From positions 17,112,001 through 17,176,000 of the forward strand of contig JBHGNT010000010.1 of the NCBI GenBank assembly GCA_043228905.1: a stretch of DNA of 64,000 nt, written 5' to 3'. Below the pieces are notes generated by a model, which saw only the letters and a list, made by a program, of their open reading frames with translations, was not told the origin of the DNA and made no database searches. Both the position numbers and the translations under genes were made by a program. How positions within the stretch are numbered: position 1 is the first letter of the stretch; the number at the start of each line of letters is the position of its first letter. This DNA comes from Azolla caroliniana. Its lineage: Eukaryota > Plantae > Polypodiophyta. Of the stretch, positions 49,720-62,179 are shown in pieces.

Positions 49720-52700
49720 AGAGGGCTGCCAAGGCGTGGGGCCGAGCCAGTCCGGACACTCGGGAAAGACCCCACAGCTGTACGATAGAACCGAAACCGA
49801 AGAAACCTTGTACGATAGGTAGGAAATTTTGCTTCTCCAACGACGGAGGGTGTATGATAGTCGGCATCGTTGGCCGAGAAAAGGCAAGGGCGGAAGTACG
49901 ACTTCGAGCGTGCGGAGTTCTCGGCCCAGACGAGGAAATCAGCGGAGCCGTGGAGGCGGTCTCCTTCGACGACACCTTGGGGATGCTGAGGAAGGTAGCC
50001 GGAGAAGACCGTAACGAAGACCGGACGATACCAGTATGTTCCGAAGAGATGTACGAAGTCATCGCGAACTTGAGTCAAGGGCTCGGGTCGGATCGGACGG
50101 CCCGAGTTAGCACGAAGTACAAGACTGTGGACTGGAAGGTAAGGCACGTCGCGGCACCCTTACCGGAGGGCAGCGAGTCCCGAATCAGAGGGGTTGCGTC
50201 GGACCCCAGTTTACGAGATCCGGTCTGCATAGGACACACCTTCACCGACGGGACGCTTGGGGAGCTCAAAGTCGCTGGGGGCGGGTTCCTACTGCCAGCG
50301 GAGGAAGACCGGTTTCGGAGAATGCTCGGAAGGCACGGGAAAGCCTTTGCATTCTCACCGGAAGAGATCGGGTGCGTAGACCCGACAATCGTGGAGCCGA
50401 TGGTGATATTCACGGTACCGCATGTACCATGGAATCTCAAGCCGATTCCAGTACCGAGAGCTCACATCCCGAAGTTGATGGAGCTATTGAGGCAAAAAGT
50501 CGATATGGGCATTCTCGAACCCTCGAGTGCTCCATACTCGAACCAATGGTTTACCGTAGCAAAGAAAAACGGAACATTGCGCTTCATTCAAGACCTGCAA
50601 CCGGACAACAGAGTGACCATTCGGAACGCAGGAATCGGACCGACCATAGACGAGTTCGCGGAGGCCTTCGCCGGAAGCTCGATTTACTCGATCGGTGATC
50701 TGTACTCAGGTTACGACCAGTTCCAGCTAGCCGTGGAGAGCAGAGACATTACGACGATGCGAACTCCCCTCGGCCTAGTGCGAATGTGTACCCTGCCACA
50801 AGGAGGGACCAACTCGGTGGCCCACATGGTGAATGCAATGAACAAGGTACTGAGGGATTGCATCTCGGACATCACCATGCCATTTCTAGACGACATCCCG
50901 ATCAAGGGGTGCCCGGTGGGAGAGAAGGACGCGACACTCGGGCCGGACGGGTGCCGGCGATTCGTGGCAACACACATCGACGACTGCGAGAAGGTGCTAC
51001 AAAGGCTAGAGGATGCGAGGCTCACCTTCTCCGGGGAGAAATCGGCCTTCGGGCAATCAGAAATCCTGGTGGTCGGACGCCTATGTGGACCATATGGCCG
51101 GAAGCCGTCTCCGGCAAAGGTAGAAGCCATCTCCGCGATGAAAACCGACTATAGCTCGGTTACCGAAGTTCAGAGGTTCCTGGGGGCGTGCGCATTCTAC
51201 CACATATGGATCCCGCATTACGCCCACGTTGCGGAGCCGCTATACGGGTTGCTGAAGAAAGGGCGAAAATTCGAGTGGCGAGACGAGCACACGGAGTCGG
51301 TCCGGAAGCTGAAGGAAGCTCTTGCGGCAGCACCGGCGCTCCGGAAGGCTGTCTACGGGAAGGGTACCCTGGTATACATAACGGTGGATACGAGTCCGAC
51401 CGGGATCGGATGGGTCGTCAACCAAGAAGACGAGGACGGCATTCGGTTCCCGATCCGATTCGGCGCGAAGGTCCTTAGTGAGCGACAGCGAGGGTACGCC
51501 CAGGTTAAACGCGAACCCTAGGGTATCGTTTCGGCAGTAAAGGCCGACAAAGACTACCTGATCGGGACAGAAGTGATTATCGAGACGGATTGCCTGCCAA
51601 TTCTCGGCATGGTTTCCAGATGCGCGACACCGGACCTGGCGATGCTCAGGTGGATAGCGTACATCAAGTCCCTGGACCCAGAAATACGACACATTTCTGG
51701 AAAGGACAACGCCATGGCCGACATGCTTTCGAGGGCGAGGTTTGATGACGAGGGCGGCATGGTTTCGGAGGACGAAGAAGTCGGGGTGGACTTCTTCGAG
51801 GCAGCGTACGTGACGACCGATGGGACGAGCACTCCGGCGCTTAATGACTTCGATGAGAGCAAGTACGACAGCGAGTGGCTGCAGATCGGTGGTTTCTTGA
51901 GGACAATGACGCCGGATGCGTCATGGACGAGAGATGAGACCAACCGGATCCGGAAGAAAGCATATCGATTCTTTCTCTGGGACAGATACTTATGGAAGCA
52001 CCCGAAGAAGAGGAACGGCGTCCCGCTCCGGGTGGTGGCGATGAAGGAAGAACAGGAGGAGCTGCTGACGGCCTACCATGTCAACCCTTGGGCTGGACAC
52101 CGTGGAACGTGGGCCACGTTCGAGAAGATAAAGGGGAAGTACTGGTGGTCGGGACTGTACCGGGACGTGCATCGGTTCGTGACAACTTGCGAGAGCTGTC
52201 AGATGCACTCCATAGTCCGACATCGGGACGAGCTTCACCCTACGTACCCTCCGACCATCCACTTCAAATGGATGGTAGATCTGGTGACGATGCCGATGGG
52301 AGTAGGACAGATGCGGTATCTGGTCCTAGCTCGGGAAGATCTGACGAACCAGGTGGAAGGCCGAGCCCTTCAGAACAAAACAACCGCAGCCGTATGTCGG
52401 TTCCTGATTGAGGACGTGATATGCCGGTACGGGTGCGTCGGGAAGATCGTGGCTGATCGCGGGGAGTTGGACGCCGAAGAGGCCAAGGAGCTATTCGACT
52501 GGCTAGGAGTCAAGCTCTCGCTTACCACTGCGTACAATCCGGAGGCGAATGGAAAGGTGGAGCGCGGTCATGGACCGATCGTCAAGGCGTTAGTTCGGGC
52601 ATGCGAAGGTCAAGTCGGGAACTGGCCGCGGTTGCTGCCTTACACGTTGTGGGCTGACCAAACTACGCACAGTTCAGTAACCGGATTCATGCCGGTAGAG

Positions 52701-53213
52701 CTCATGTTTGGGCAGAAGCCGATCATGCCGATGGAACGTACGATCTTCTCATGGGCAACCGTGGACTGGAGAGACGAGATGAGCCGGGAGGAACTATTGG
52801 CGGCGCGCATACGTCAGCTCGAGCGAAGGCCGGAGGACGTGGAGCAGGCTGCGGGAAAGCTTCGGGATGCAAGGATGAGGAACAAAGCCCGGTTCGACCG
52901 AACGCACCGACTCTGACCGGAGAAGATCGAGGAAGGCGACTGGGTGCTAGTCTATGACAGCAGCCTCAACAACCAGCACCAAGCGACATGGAAGTTCGCA
53001 AGAAGGTGGTTCGGGCCTTACGTGGTACAAAGCGCCAACGACAACGGGACGTACCATCTGGCGGAACTCGACGGCACGAGAATGGCGGTACCAGTAGCTG
53101 GGAAGCGGATCAAAGCATTCAAGAAGTGTCACGACGACGAGCCGGATCAGGTTAACCTGGACCGCGACGACGAGCGATCCGAAACCGAAGAAGAACCGAC
53201 GGGCGGGGAATGA
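49710..53213 (+). pseudogene. pol: Element H ORF2 RT-RNase H-integrase in the -1 frame; two premature stops (51519, 52914), no frameshifts
   Basis: ORFs starting at 49674, 51573 and 52944 share one frame; FLDD, RNase H, HHCC/DDE and GPY motifs present. Confidence 0.9.
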
Positions 53214-56200
53214 AGGTTGGACGGGTTTTCTCCGTCCCAACTCAATTTGGCGCATGCCGGTGGATGCGCGGTTAAGTGGGGGCGGATGTCGTGAAGAAAA
53301 CCGTCCACAAGCGGAATCGGTGCACCGGAGCGTAGGAACCGGCTCTTCATGCACGTGCGCCTTATGTTGTACATAGAAGATCCTAGGTAGGTAGATTCGG
53401 TAGGTAAGAAGTTAATGGGAAACGGCTCCTTCCTTGCCTATAAAAGGAGGGAGACGAGGAGGGGGGAAGGGATCGCGGTTAAGGAGGATGAAGTGTTGTC
53501 GGGTTGTCGGCCGAAGACTTCTCTCTCTTCCGAACTCCATAGCTTCTTTCTGTGCAGGTTTCGGGAGGCTCGCGCTGCTCTGAGGAATGCCCGAGTGCTT
53601 CCGGCAGCACCTCCAACCTACTCCTTTCTTTTTGTGCGTTTACGAACAGGCATCGGCATCTGTTCGCCGGCCTGTTCGGTTGAAACCGACTTCGTGCTTC
53701 TTGTTGTTTGTCCTTGTTAATATATATATACATACATTCGTGTCTCTCTGCGTCGGTGTCCCACTCGCGTCTTGTGTCGAGGGCCGTGTCCCTGAGAATC
53801 TGCGCTCGCACGTAGTGGGTCTCTTCCCTTCTCCTTTCTCTCTTGCTTTTCGGTGCAAGACCCCCGAGGTCCCGCCTCATTTCACGCATCCGCGAGGAAT
53901 ACCTCGACAGCGTTCTATCACATCTGGATTCCGCACTACACACATGTCGCGTAACCACTTTACGGGTTATTAAAGAAAGGGCGCTGGTTCGAATGGAGGA
54001 CGGAGCACATGGAGTCGGTCAGGAGACTGAAGGAGGCGCTCGCCGCGGCACCAGCTCTCTAGAAAGCGGTTTACGGCAAGGAAGTCCGCATTTACATGAC
54101 GGTGGACAAGAGCCCGACCGGGATTGGGTGGGTGATCAATCAGCAAGACGAGGATGGCGTACGGTTCCCGATCCAGTTCGGGGCAAAGGTATTGAGCGAG
54201 CGGCAGCGAGGATACGCCCAAATTAAGCGCGAGCTATGGGGTATCGTTTCGGCAGTCAAGGCCGACAAGGACTATTTGATCGGGACGGAAGTGATCATCG
54301 AGACGGACTACCTACCAATTCTGGGTATGGTTTCCGGATGTGCGACTCCGGACCTGGCGATGCTGAGGTGGATCGCGTACATCAAGTCCCTGAACCCGGA
54401 GATACGACACATTTCCAGAAAGGACAATGCCATGGCCAACATGCTTTCAAGAGCGAGGTTCGATGACGAGAACGGCATGGTTTTGGAGGACGAGGAAGTC
54501 GGTGTGGACTTCTTCGAGGCGGCTTACGTAACAACAAGAAAGGGGAGCACTCCGGCGCTTCACGAATTCGACTTGAGCAAGTACGATGGGGAGTGGCTCC
54601 AGATTGGCGGGTTCCTGAAGACAATGACACTGGACGCGGCGTGGACGAAGGAAGAGACTAACCGGATTCAGAAGAAAGCGTACCGATTCTTCCTACAGGA
54701 TGGGAGCATATGGAAGCACCTGAAGAAGAGAAACGGCATCCCACTCCGAGTGGTGGCGAAGAAAGAGGAACAGGAAGAATTGTTGACGGCATACCACGAG
54801 AGTCCCTGGGCCGGGCACCGCGGGACGTGCGCCACATTTGAGAAGCTAAAGGGGAAGTACTGGTGGCCGAGACTATACCGAGACGTGCATCGGTTCGTGA
54901 CGACTTGCGAAAGCTGTCAGGTGCACTCCATAGTCCGACATCGGGACGAGCTTCACCCGACTTACCCTCTGACCGTCCACTTCAAGTGGATGGTGGATCT
55001 GTTGACGATGTCGATGGGGGTAGGGCAGATGCGGTATCTGGTGTTGGCTCGGGAGGACCTGATGAACCAGGAGGAAGGTCGAGCGTTGCAGAACAAAATG
55101 ACCGCGGTTGTGTGCCGATTTCTGATCAAAGAAGTGGTATGTCGGTACAGGTGCGTAGGTAAGATCGTGGCCGACCACGGAGAATTGGACACGCAAGAGA
55201 CGGAAGAGTTGTTTGACCGGCTAGGCGTTAAACTCTCTCTCACCACAGTGTACAATCCGGAGGCTAACGGGAAGGTGGAACGCGGACACGGGCCGATCGT
55301 CAAAGCGTTAGTACGGGCGTGTGGAGGCCAAGTCAGGAATTGGCCACGGCTCCTTCCTTACGCGCTATGGGCGGATCGAACTACGCAAAGTTCGGTGACG
55401 GGTTCATGCCAGCGGAGCTGATGTAAGGGCAGAAGCCAATCATGCCGGCGGAGAAAACGATCACTTCGTGGGCCGCGATGGACTGGAAGGACGAGATGAG
55501 TCGGGAAGAGTTGTTGGCAGCAAGGATCCGGCAACTCGAGCGAAGACCGGAAGACGTGGAGCGGGTGAAGGAAAGACTGTGTACGGCACGAGAAAAGAAC
55601 AAAGGCCGGTTCGACCGGACTCACGGACTGAGACCGAAGAAGATCGAGGAAGGCGACTGGGTTCTAGTGTATGACAACAGCCTCGACAACCAGCACCGGG
55701 CAATGAGGAAGTTTGCAAGAAGGTGGTTCGGGCCTTATGTGGTGACAAGCGCCAACGACAATGGGACCTACCATCTCGCGGAGCTCGACGGGACAAGGAT
55801 GGCGGTACCGGTGGCAGGGAAAAGGATAAAAGCATTCAAAAAGCAGCACAAGGCTGAACCAGACCCAAACGACCTGGATAGCGACAATGATCGGCTCGGA
55901 ACGGATGTCGATCCGGAAGACAAAGGATAAGCGTGGGCCGGTCTTCTCTGGCAAGAGTCTAATTTTCGCGCATACCAGTGGATGCACGGTTAGGTGGGGG
56001 CGGATGTCGTGGAGAAAACCGTCCCTGGGCGGAAACCGGGTGTAACGTGCATAAACCGGCCCTTACACGTGGGCACAAGTTTTGTTGTGTAGTACGCGGA
56101 TAGGTACAAGTCGGCTAAGGAGAAATCCTAGGTAGCACGCATTCATTAGGGAGAAAATCGAGGCGTATCCCTGTCCGAAAGGACAAGGAATAAACATGAT

Positions 56201-59007
56201 GTAACGGGTAGTAACGGCCTCTCTCCTTGGGCTATAAAAGAGAGGGAGAAGAAAAAAAAAGGGGGGGGGGAGGTCACATTTTTGTGGAGGACGAAGTGTT
56301 GCAGACTGGAACCGAGCTCTTCACCTTTGTCCTCTAAATAGTCGTTCTGTGCAGGTTTCAGGAGGCTGAGTCTGCTCCACGGAACGCCCGAGTGCTTCCG
56401 GCAAAGTCTCCATCTCGCGTTCTGTGTGTGTGTGTGTGTGCAGGCGTCAGAGCCTATCACTCGCCGACTTGCCGGTTGTAACTCCTTGATTAATATATAC
56501 ACGTGTATTCATTTTGTCTCCATTGTTCGGAGTTAGTTGCAACTCTTGTAAATCTGTGTGTCTGTGCGTGTGCGGAGTACATTGGTAGTTTCCTTCCCCT
56601 CTTCTCATTCGGTTATTTCTCGGTCCAAGGCCCCCGTGGTCCCCCCTCGTTCTCCACGCACGCGCGTAACAACGCGACAATGTGTCTTTTTATTCGTTTT
56701 TAGAGTTTCTTTGATTGTGCTCCTCTTTTTCTATCTTTAGCTTGATTTTTGTGCTTCTCTATTTTTGCTTTTTCTATCTTTAGCTTTTGATCTAGAGTCA
56801 TTTCGTCTTATTTCCAATGTGAATCATGCAATTACCTTCTTCACTTTAGTAAACCTTCTTTAACCATAGTTAATGTGACGACTATTGTAAATCTTCACAT
56901 TAAACTTGAGCCTTCATGCATCTAACTCATTGAATATATTATCTCATTACAAAAATCAAAATAGAAGCACACACCTACCTTTGATAACATGATCTAAAAG
57001 AGACAATAAACATTTAGCAATTTAATTTATGGAGAAAGAGAAAGAGAAACACTTGTTGGCTACTTGGTAGTGTGTTAGAACACATCTAGTGGTGTCAACT
57101 ACTAATGAGAGATTGTTAATTTCATCAGAGAGAATAATTGTGGATGCCATGAATGTTGCAATAGATAGGAGGGTTATAATTCTTTATTACCACAATTTCA
57201 TTGGATGGCAAAGCTAGGATGGATTACGATACATGATGTTATGCCCAGTATTAAACAATGAAAAATGACACTCCAAACAATTAGGGAAAAAATTTCATTT
57301 GATAGAAATATTTTTTCTAGATATAGAGACGAATATCTTGGTCATATACAAATCCAAACTCCTTGAATCTACTTTGGAGGTTGAACATTAGTAAGTAGTT
57401 GGCATGTCCATTATGTAAAAATAAATTATTTGTATCATAAAATCATTCATAGTCACGAGTGGATGGAGGGGAATGTTTTGAGGGTGGGGAATCAGAAGTC
57501 CCATAAATTGGTTGCAAAGTGAGCTAGGAATGGGTTTTTGATCTCATCTTCCATTTAGAGTCATGTTGTCATATAATGTGTTTTTGGATTACCTTTGCAT
57601 ACTATCATTCAAACATAACACCCATTTTGGAAAAATAATATATATATATATAATATAAATATAAATAAATAAGAAAAAAAAAACACCCATCGCTTTATCA
57701 CTTGTCTACTGTCACAGTATGTTTGGACATATATATCAACAATATGAGCTCCACAATTGTAGTTTTAACGTTCTTGTTTCAATGGTTGTTTCCTCACATT
57801 GGGTTTGAGTGACCATCATTACAAGTTCAAGAAATTTTCTAACTCTCGGAATATTGGAGGTTATGGCATGTTTGGTATTTGCAAAATGAATATGTCTTTG
57901 GAGGCCTAATCTAAGGTGTGGTGACATATTCAGAGGTTGAAAGATAGGTTTCTTTGCCAATTTTGATTATTGAAAGCTTTGAGATTGTTACCTTCCAAGG
58001 ATGTTCAAATGTGTGTTTAGGTAAGAAGTAATATTCACCAACTTAATGTTGGCCTTTACATAATACAGTTATGTAGGTTTGTGGGGTATTCCTATTGTCT
58101 TTGGTAATCTATTGTGATTGATACAACATTATTTACAGAAAAAAGGATGGTATACAAGCAAGCTTCATGAAGATGATGATAAATAGTTGTTGGGAATGGC
58201 TCCAATTTGGATGAAGTGATAGGTTTATGTATGATAGAAGCTAACCAAGACTAGAAGTTTCAATCACCGCCACGGGGGCATATGCCTCCATTATTTAATT
58301 TAACTAATTGGAACATGTGGTACTGAAAAAGAAGAGGATACTTTGAATTGGAGTAACGATGAACAAGATGAAGAGAATTTACCCAACCAAATATTACGTT
58401 AATTTCTAAACACCCGACCCTCAATCCTAGACATTTGTTGTTTACTTTCACCATTGTATCAAATTTCCTTTTGTTTGTATTGAAACTCTTAATTGTTTAT
58501 ATTTAGAATATATATGTCGTATTTTGTTATTTTTTGTTTCGATATAAGTTGTCTAAGTATATTTAAATAAAATTATCGGCCTCGTGAATTGACTTGTCAA
58601 AATAAAGTTTGATTGGCTTTTTGTAGGTTTCCTTTATGTGGAATATACAATGCTTTGTTTTCCATTACAAAATGTATACCAAGAACCACTTTTGTATACT
58701 ATAGAGATTTTATGGCTATTCGCTAGATCATATTTCTACCTATATATAGAATGAGTTTTAGAATTATGTCTACACAATAGCAAATATTGTTTTGTTTGTG
58801 CATTTTTTAGATACGAATCTAATAAAACACATGTTTTCAGAAAGTAAGACATTTTTGGGGAATTTTATCATTTTTAGCTCATTAGTATGGTACACATATT
58901 TTTACGTGATTAACATGCATTGCTGATTAACCCAATATCTATCATTGCAAACAATGTCCTTCATGATAGATAAAAACAAATTAGTACAACACCGACAACG
59001 ACTAGAT

Positions 59008-59185
59008 ATGGTCAACACAAAATGGTTGTAAGTTAGAATATTAAAAAAAACATTGATATTTATTAGTATAATTATTCACTTCATTACATATTTGCTAGAA
59101 ATGGTCAACACAAAATGGTTGTAAGTTAGAATATTTAAAAAAACATTGATATTTATTAGTATAATTATTCACTTCACTACATATA
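59008..59185. repeat. 93-bp-period direct tandem duplication
   Basis: ATGGTCAACACAAAATGGTTGTAAGTTAGAATATT... at 59008 and 59101. Confidence 0.9.
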
Positions 59186-60444
59186 TATTTTCATCATTTA
59201 GACTCTAGACTATAGACTAACTCAATTTGTCAACTTCACTAAAGTTTCTCAATGTCTTTATCGCCTTTAGTAAAGATAAAGAATGATTGACATTTCTTAG
59301 CTTGAGGAACATATTAACATATTTTTTCCTTACTCTAATAACATATTAATGTAGCATAAAGTGAAAGCCACCGGGATGATGAGCATCATGGAGTTCATTT
59401 ATTATAGTAAAAATGCTAAAGTATCTTGATGTCACTAAATAGTGGCATGTTAGGGCACACACATTCCCACTGCACTGCCAGCACTTGATTAGTACGACAT
59501 TTACACACTTCAAGGTCAACTTACTAAATGTAATGAAGATACATAATTTCTCTTTCTACTATGGGTCTCACATAATCATATACGACTTTTGTATTTCAAT
59601 ACATATTTTATGAATGGAATAATTGTAGTGGTTGAGTTATGGTTATGTGACCTTGCATCAAAACATGTATGCTTATTTGCATGTGCTATAAATTCAAATT
59701 GCTCATAAGTGAATTTGTACAATGTGTTGCATTTGCATGGTGAGCTAGTTTTTTATCTACTTGTTTTTGTATAGAAATTATCCTTGCGTCAAAATTCCAA
59801 AACTGCAATTTCAAGGCTTAAGGGTCACTAATCAGTTACATCTTTTGAAATGTTGATGTTATCTTGTAAAAGAATTGGAAAGTACAATGATTGCTTCTAT
59901 GTCACAATGGTATAAATATTTATTTCATCTCCATGTAGACTCACATGTTTTTCAATAGTTAATCTCAAGAAGTTTAGAAAATAATTTGGCAATGTTCTTG
60001 TTTTGATCGCCAAATTTCAATTTCATGCTCGGCCATGTGTTAGATGACATATGCACCAAACCTTCATATCACATAACGGGAAGAGCTTTTTACATTATTT
60101 AACTTATCTAGCTTTCTTGACACATAATGTAAGAAAGGATTTGGTATATAGTTATTTTACTAATGATATTTTTAAAGTCCATCATGTGCCAAAGCCATGC
60201 ATCTCCTTATTTATAGCTAACCATGATATAAAATAATCATTAGTTATTGATGAAATATTGTGTTGGTCATAATGTGCATATGCATGTCTAGAATATATAT
60301 GCTTGAATTGAATAACCCATGGGCCAAAAGTTATTTGGAATACATGCAACACCTCTGGTTAGTCAATGTAGGTGTTGTGTGAACATATAGCAAGCATTAC
60401 TTAATATAATTTGACATAAGTGTAGAAAGTTGACATGCACATCA

Positions 60445-60666
60445 AAATTAAGGTCACATGTATGGTCAACCTTGAGTTTTTTTAGAACATTTACATTTTA
60501 TATTGTAGAATTCACCAAACTACTTTATATTCTCGATTAATCGTATTGTGGAGTATGTTGAAATTAAGGTCACATGTATGGTCAACCTTGACTTTTTTGA
60601 GAACATTTTCATTTTATACATGTATAGTTTGACAAGCTACTTTATATTATCGATCAATCATATTGT
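60445..60666. repeat. 116-bp-period direct tandem duplication
   Basis: AAATTAAGGTCACATGTATGGTCAACCTTGA at 60445 and 60561. Confidence 0.85.
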
Positions 60667-61299
60667 AATGTTGAATTTGCCGAATTTGTCTATTGTAGAT
60701 CAACAACGTCAAATTGTTTAAGTTGTGTTAAAGAATGGCAAGCATATTTTGTCACCAAAATATTATTTTAAGTTTTGTTGATTGAAAATGGATATAGAAC
60801 TTTAAATCCATGATGCTAGAAATTATGGTTGAAGATTTATTAAGGGGACGACGTCAAATATAGGGATGAATAATTATATATCTAACAACTTAAGGTATTT
60901 TTTTAAGGGCACTGATCAAAACCATTATATAGGGAATTGATAACAAAAGAAACATCTAGCTAAGTTATTTGCAACTAACCTAATTAGGGGCCATTGACAA
61001 ATCTAATGTTCAAATGTAATAGTTGAATATATTGTCATGGTAAAATGTACTAATCTTTCTATTGCTACAATGATTGCCACATGTTGATTTAGCTTTATGA
61101 TTTACAATTTTTTTATTTTTTTATTTTAAATAAAGATTCACCTTGGTATTAATGGAAAGATGCCCAAAGGCTACAACGAATTCATATAGTAAATTATAAC
61201 CAACATCAACCAACATGTCGAGTATCAAAAGCCCTCATGTAGGGTCCTTCCAAGACGGGGGGCGGAAAAAGCCATCTTGGTGGAGCATATGTCCGCTTT

Positions 61300-62010
61300 A
61301 TTCTCTTTCCAAAAGACGTGAAGACCTCTCTGCCTTTTTCCAAATTTCTCAAAACTGTTTTTGTTTACGAATCACAACATCAGGCTCACCAGTTATTGCC
61401 TCATATTGATTTCTTAGAGTATGTGGGAGCATTAACCATATCTCCTTGACTAACTCAAGTGCGTTCTGTTTGACTTTCTAAAATACGCATTTACATATAG
61501 CCTTCCACAATGCACAAACTACTAAAGAAGATATCATAGATCAGACCTTGTCCTCTTCCAAACAACATATTGTTGTAGTATAATAGACCTCCAATACATG
61601 TTTCCATTAAAGAGGAGAAGAAAATCAACATTCTCCTTTTCATAATTCGGTATTTCATCAGCCAATCTTCCCCATCTCACAAAACCCCATGTGTACACCT
61701 ATTTACCATAAATAAGATGCATAATTCTCAACATTCTTTTCCAAATTGCTCTAGCAATAGGACATATCCATAAAACATGGTGAACCGATTCAATGGGAGA
61801 ACCACAACAATCACATTTTAAATCATGGCTGCCCCCGCATCCATGCCTTCACAGGAATGCCATAATGTATCAACAACCATCCAAATATACAATGTTTTTA
61901 GGAATTTGCATGGCCCATAGCCATTTCCAATAAGCATCCACCCAAGAGTCTTGTACATTACCCGATCTCCAAAATTTACAAGCTGTTGGCGTAACAGCCA
62001 CATCCCTCAG
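61300..62010 (-). mobile_element. Possible second, inverted LINE zf-RVT remnant
   Basis: Trp-rich decayed fragments with LPLNRF- and Cys/His-like spacing on the minus strand; weak. Confidence 0.3.
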
Positions 62011-62179
62011 CAATTCTCTACCCATTTTACCGTGTATTGAAAAAATGGGATTTATTTACCTAACATTCCTTGCACTGATATGATTTGCCATTTCCACTCA
62101 CTAGGATCCCACAAAAGGTGATCAATATTGATAATAGTTGTTCCATTTTAAAGCTAAATTTAATGCTAGAATATTATCA

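Larger units (their letters stand above)
46926..53909 (+). mobile_element. Element H: youngest, near-intact Trp-primed Ty3/gypsy element (LTRs 46926-47549 and 53287-53909)
   Basis: LTRs differ at about 11 substitutions plus 1 indel; PBS at 47553; PPT AAGTGGGGGCGGA before 53287; flanks ACGT/GCGT come from different hosts. Confidence 0.93.
36597..56679 (+). mobile_element. Element F: tRNA-Trp-primed Ty3/gypsy element (LTRs 36597-37272 and 56005-56679) hosting the chromovirus, G and H
   Basis: Matching LTRs TGTCGTGGAGAAAACCGTCCC...AACGC(G/A)ACA; PBS at 37277; PPT at about 55992; TSD ACGT/ATGT; gag 37317-37453 plus 43211-44902; pol 3' part 53910-55930. Confidence 0.9.

Noticed and set aside
26000-55990. 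Many overlapping and antisense ORFs (100-280 aa) over the gypsy elements
   Set aside because: Expected shadow ORFs of GC-rich coding sequence; their boundaries are not conserved between E, F and H and they have no recognisable motifs.
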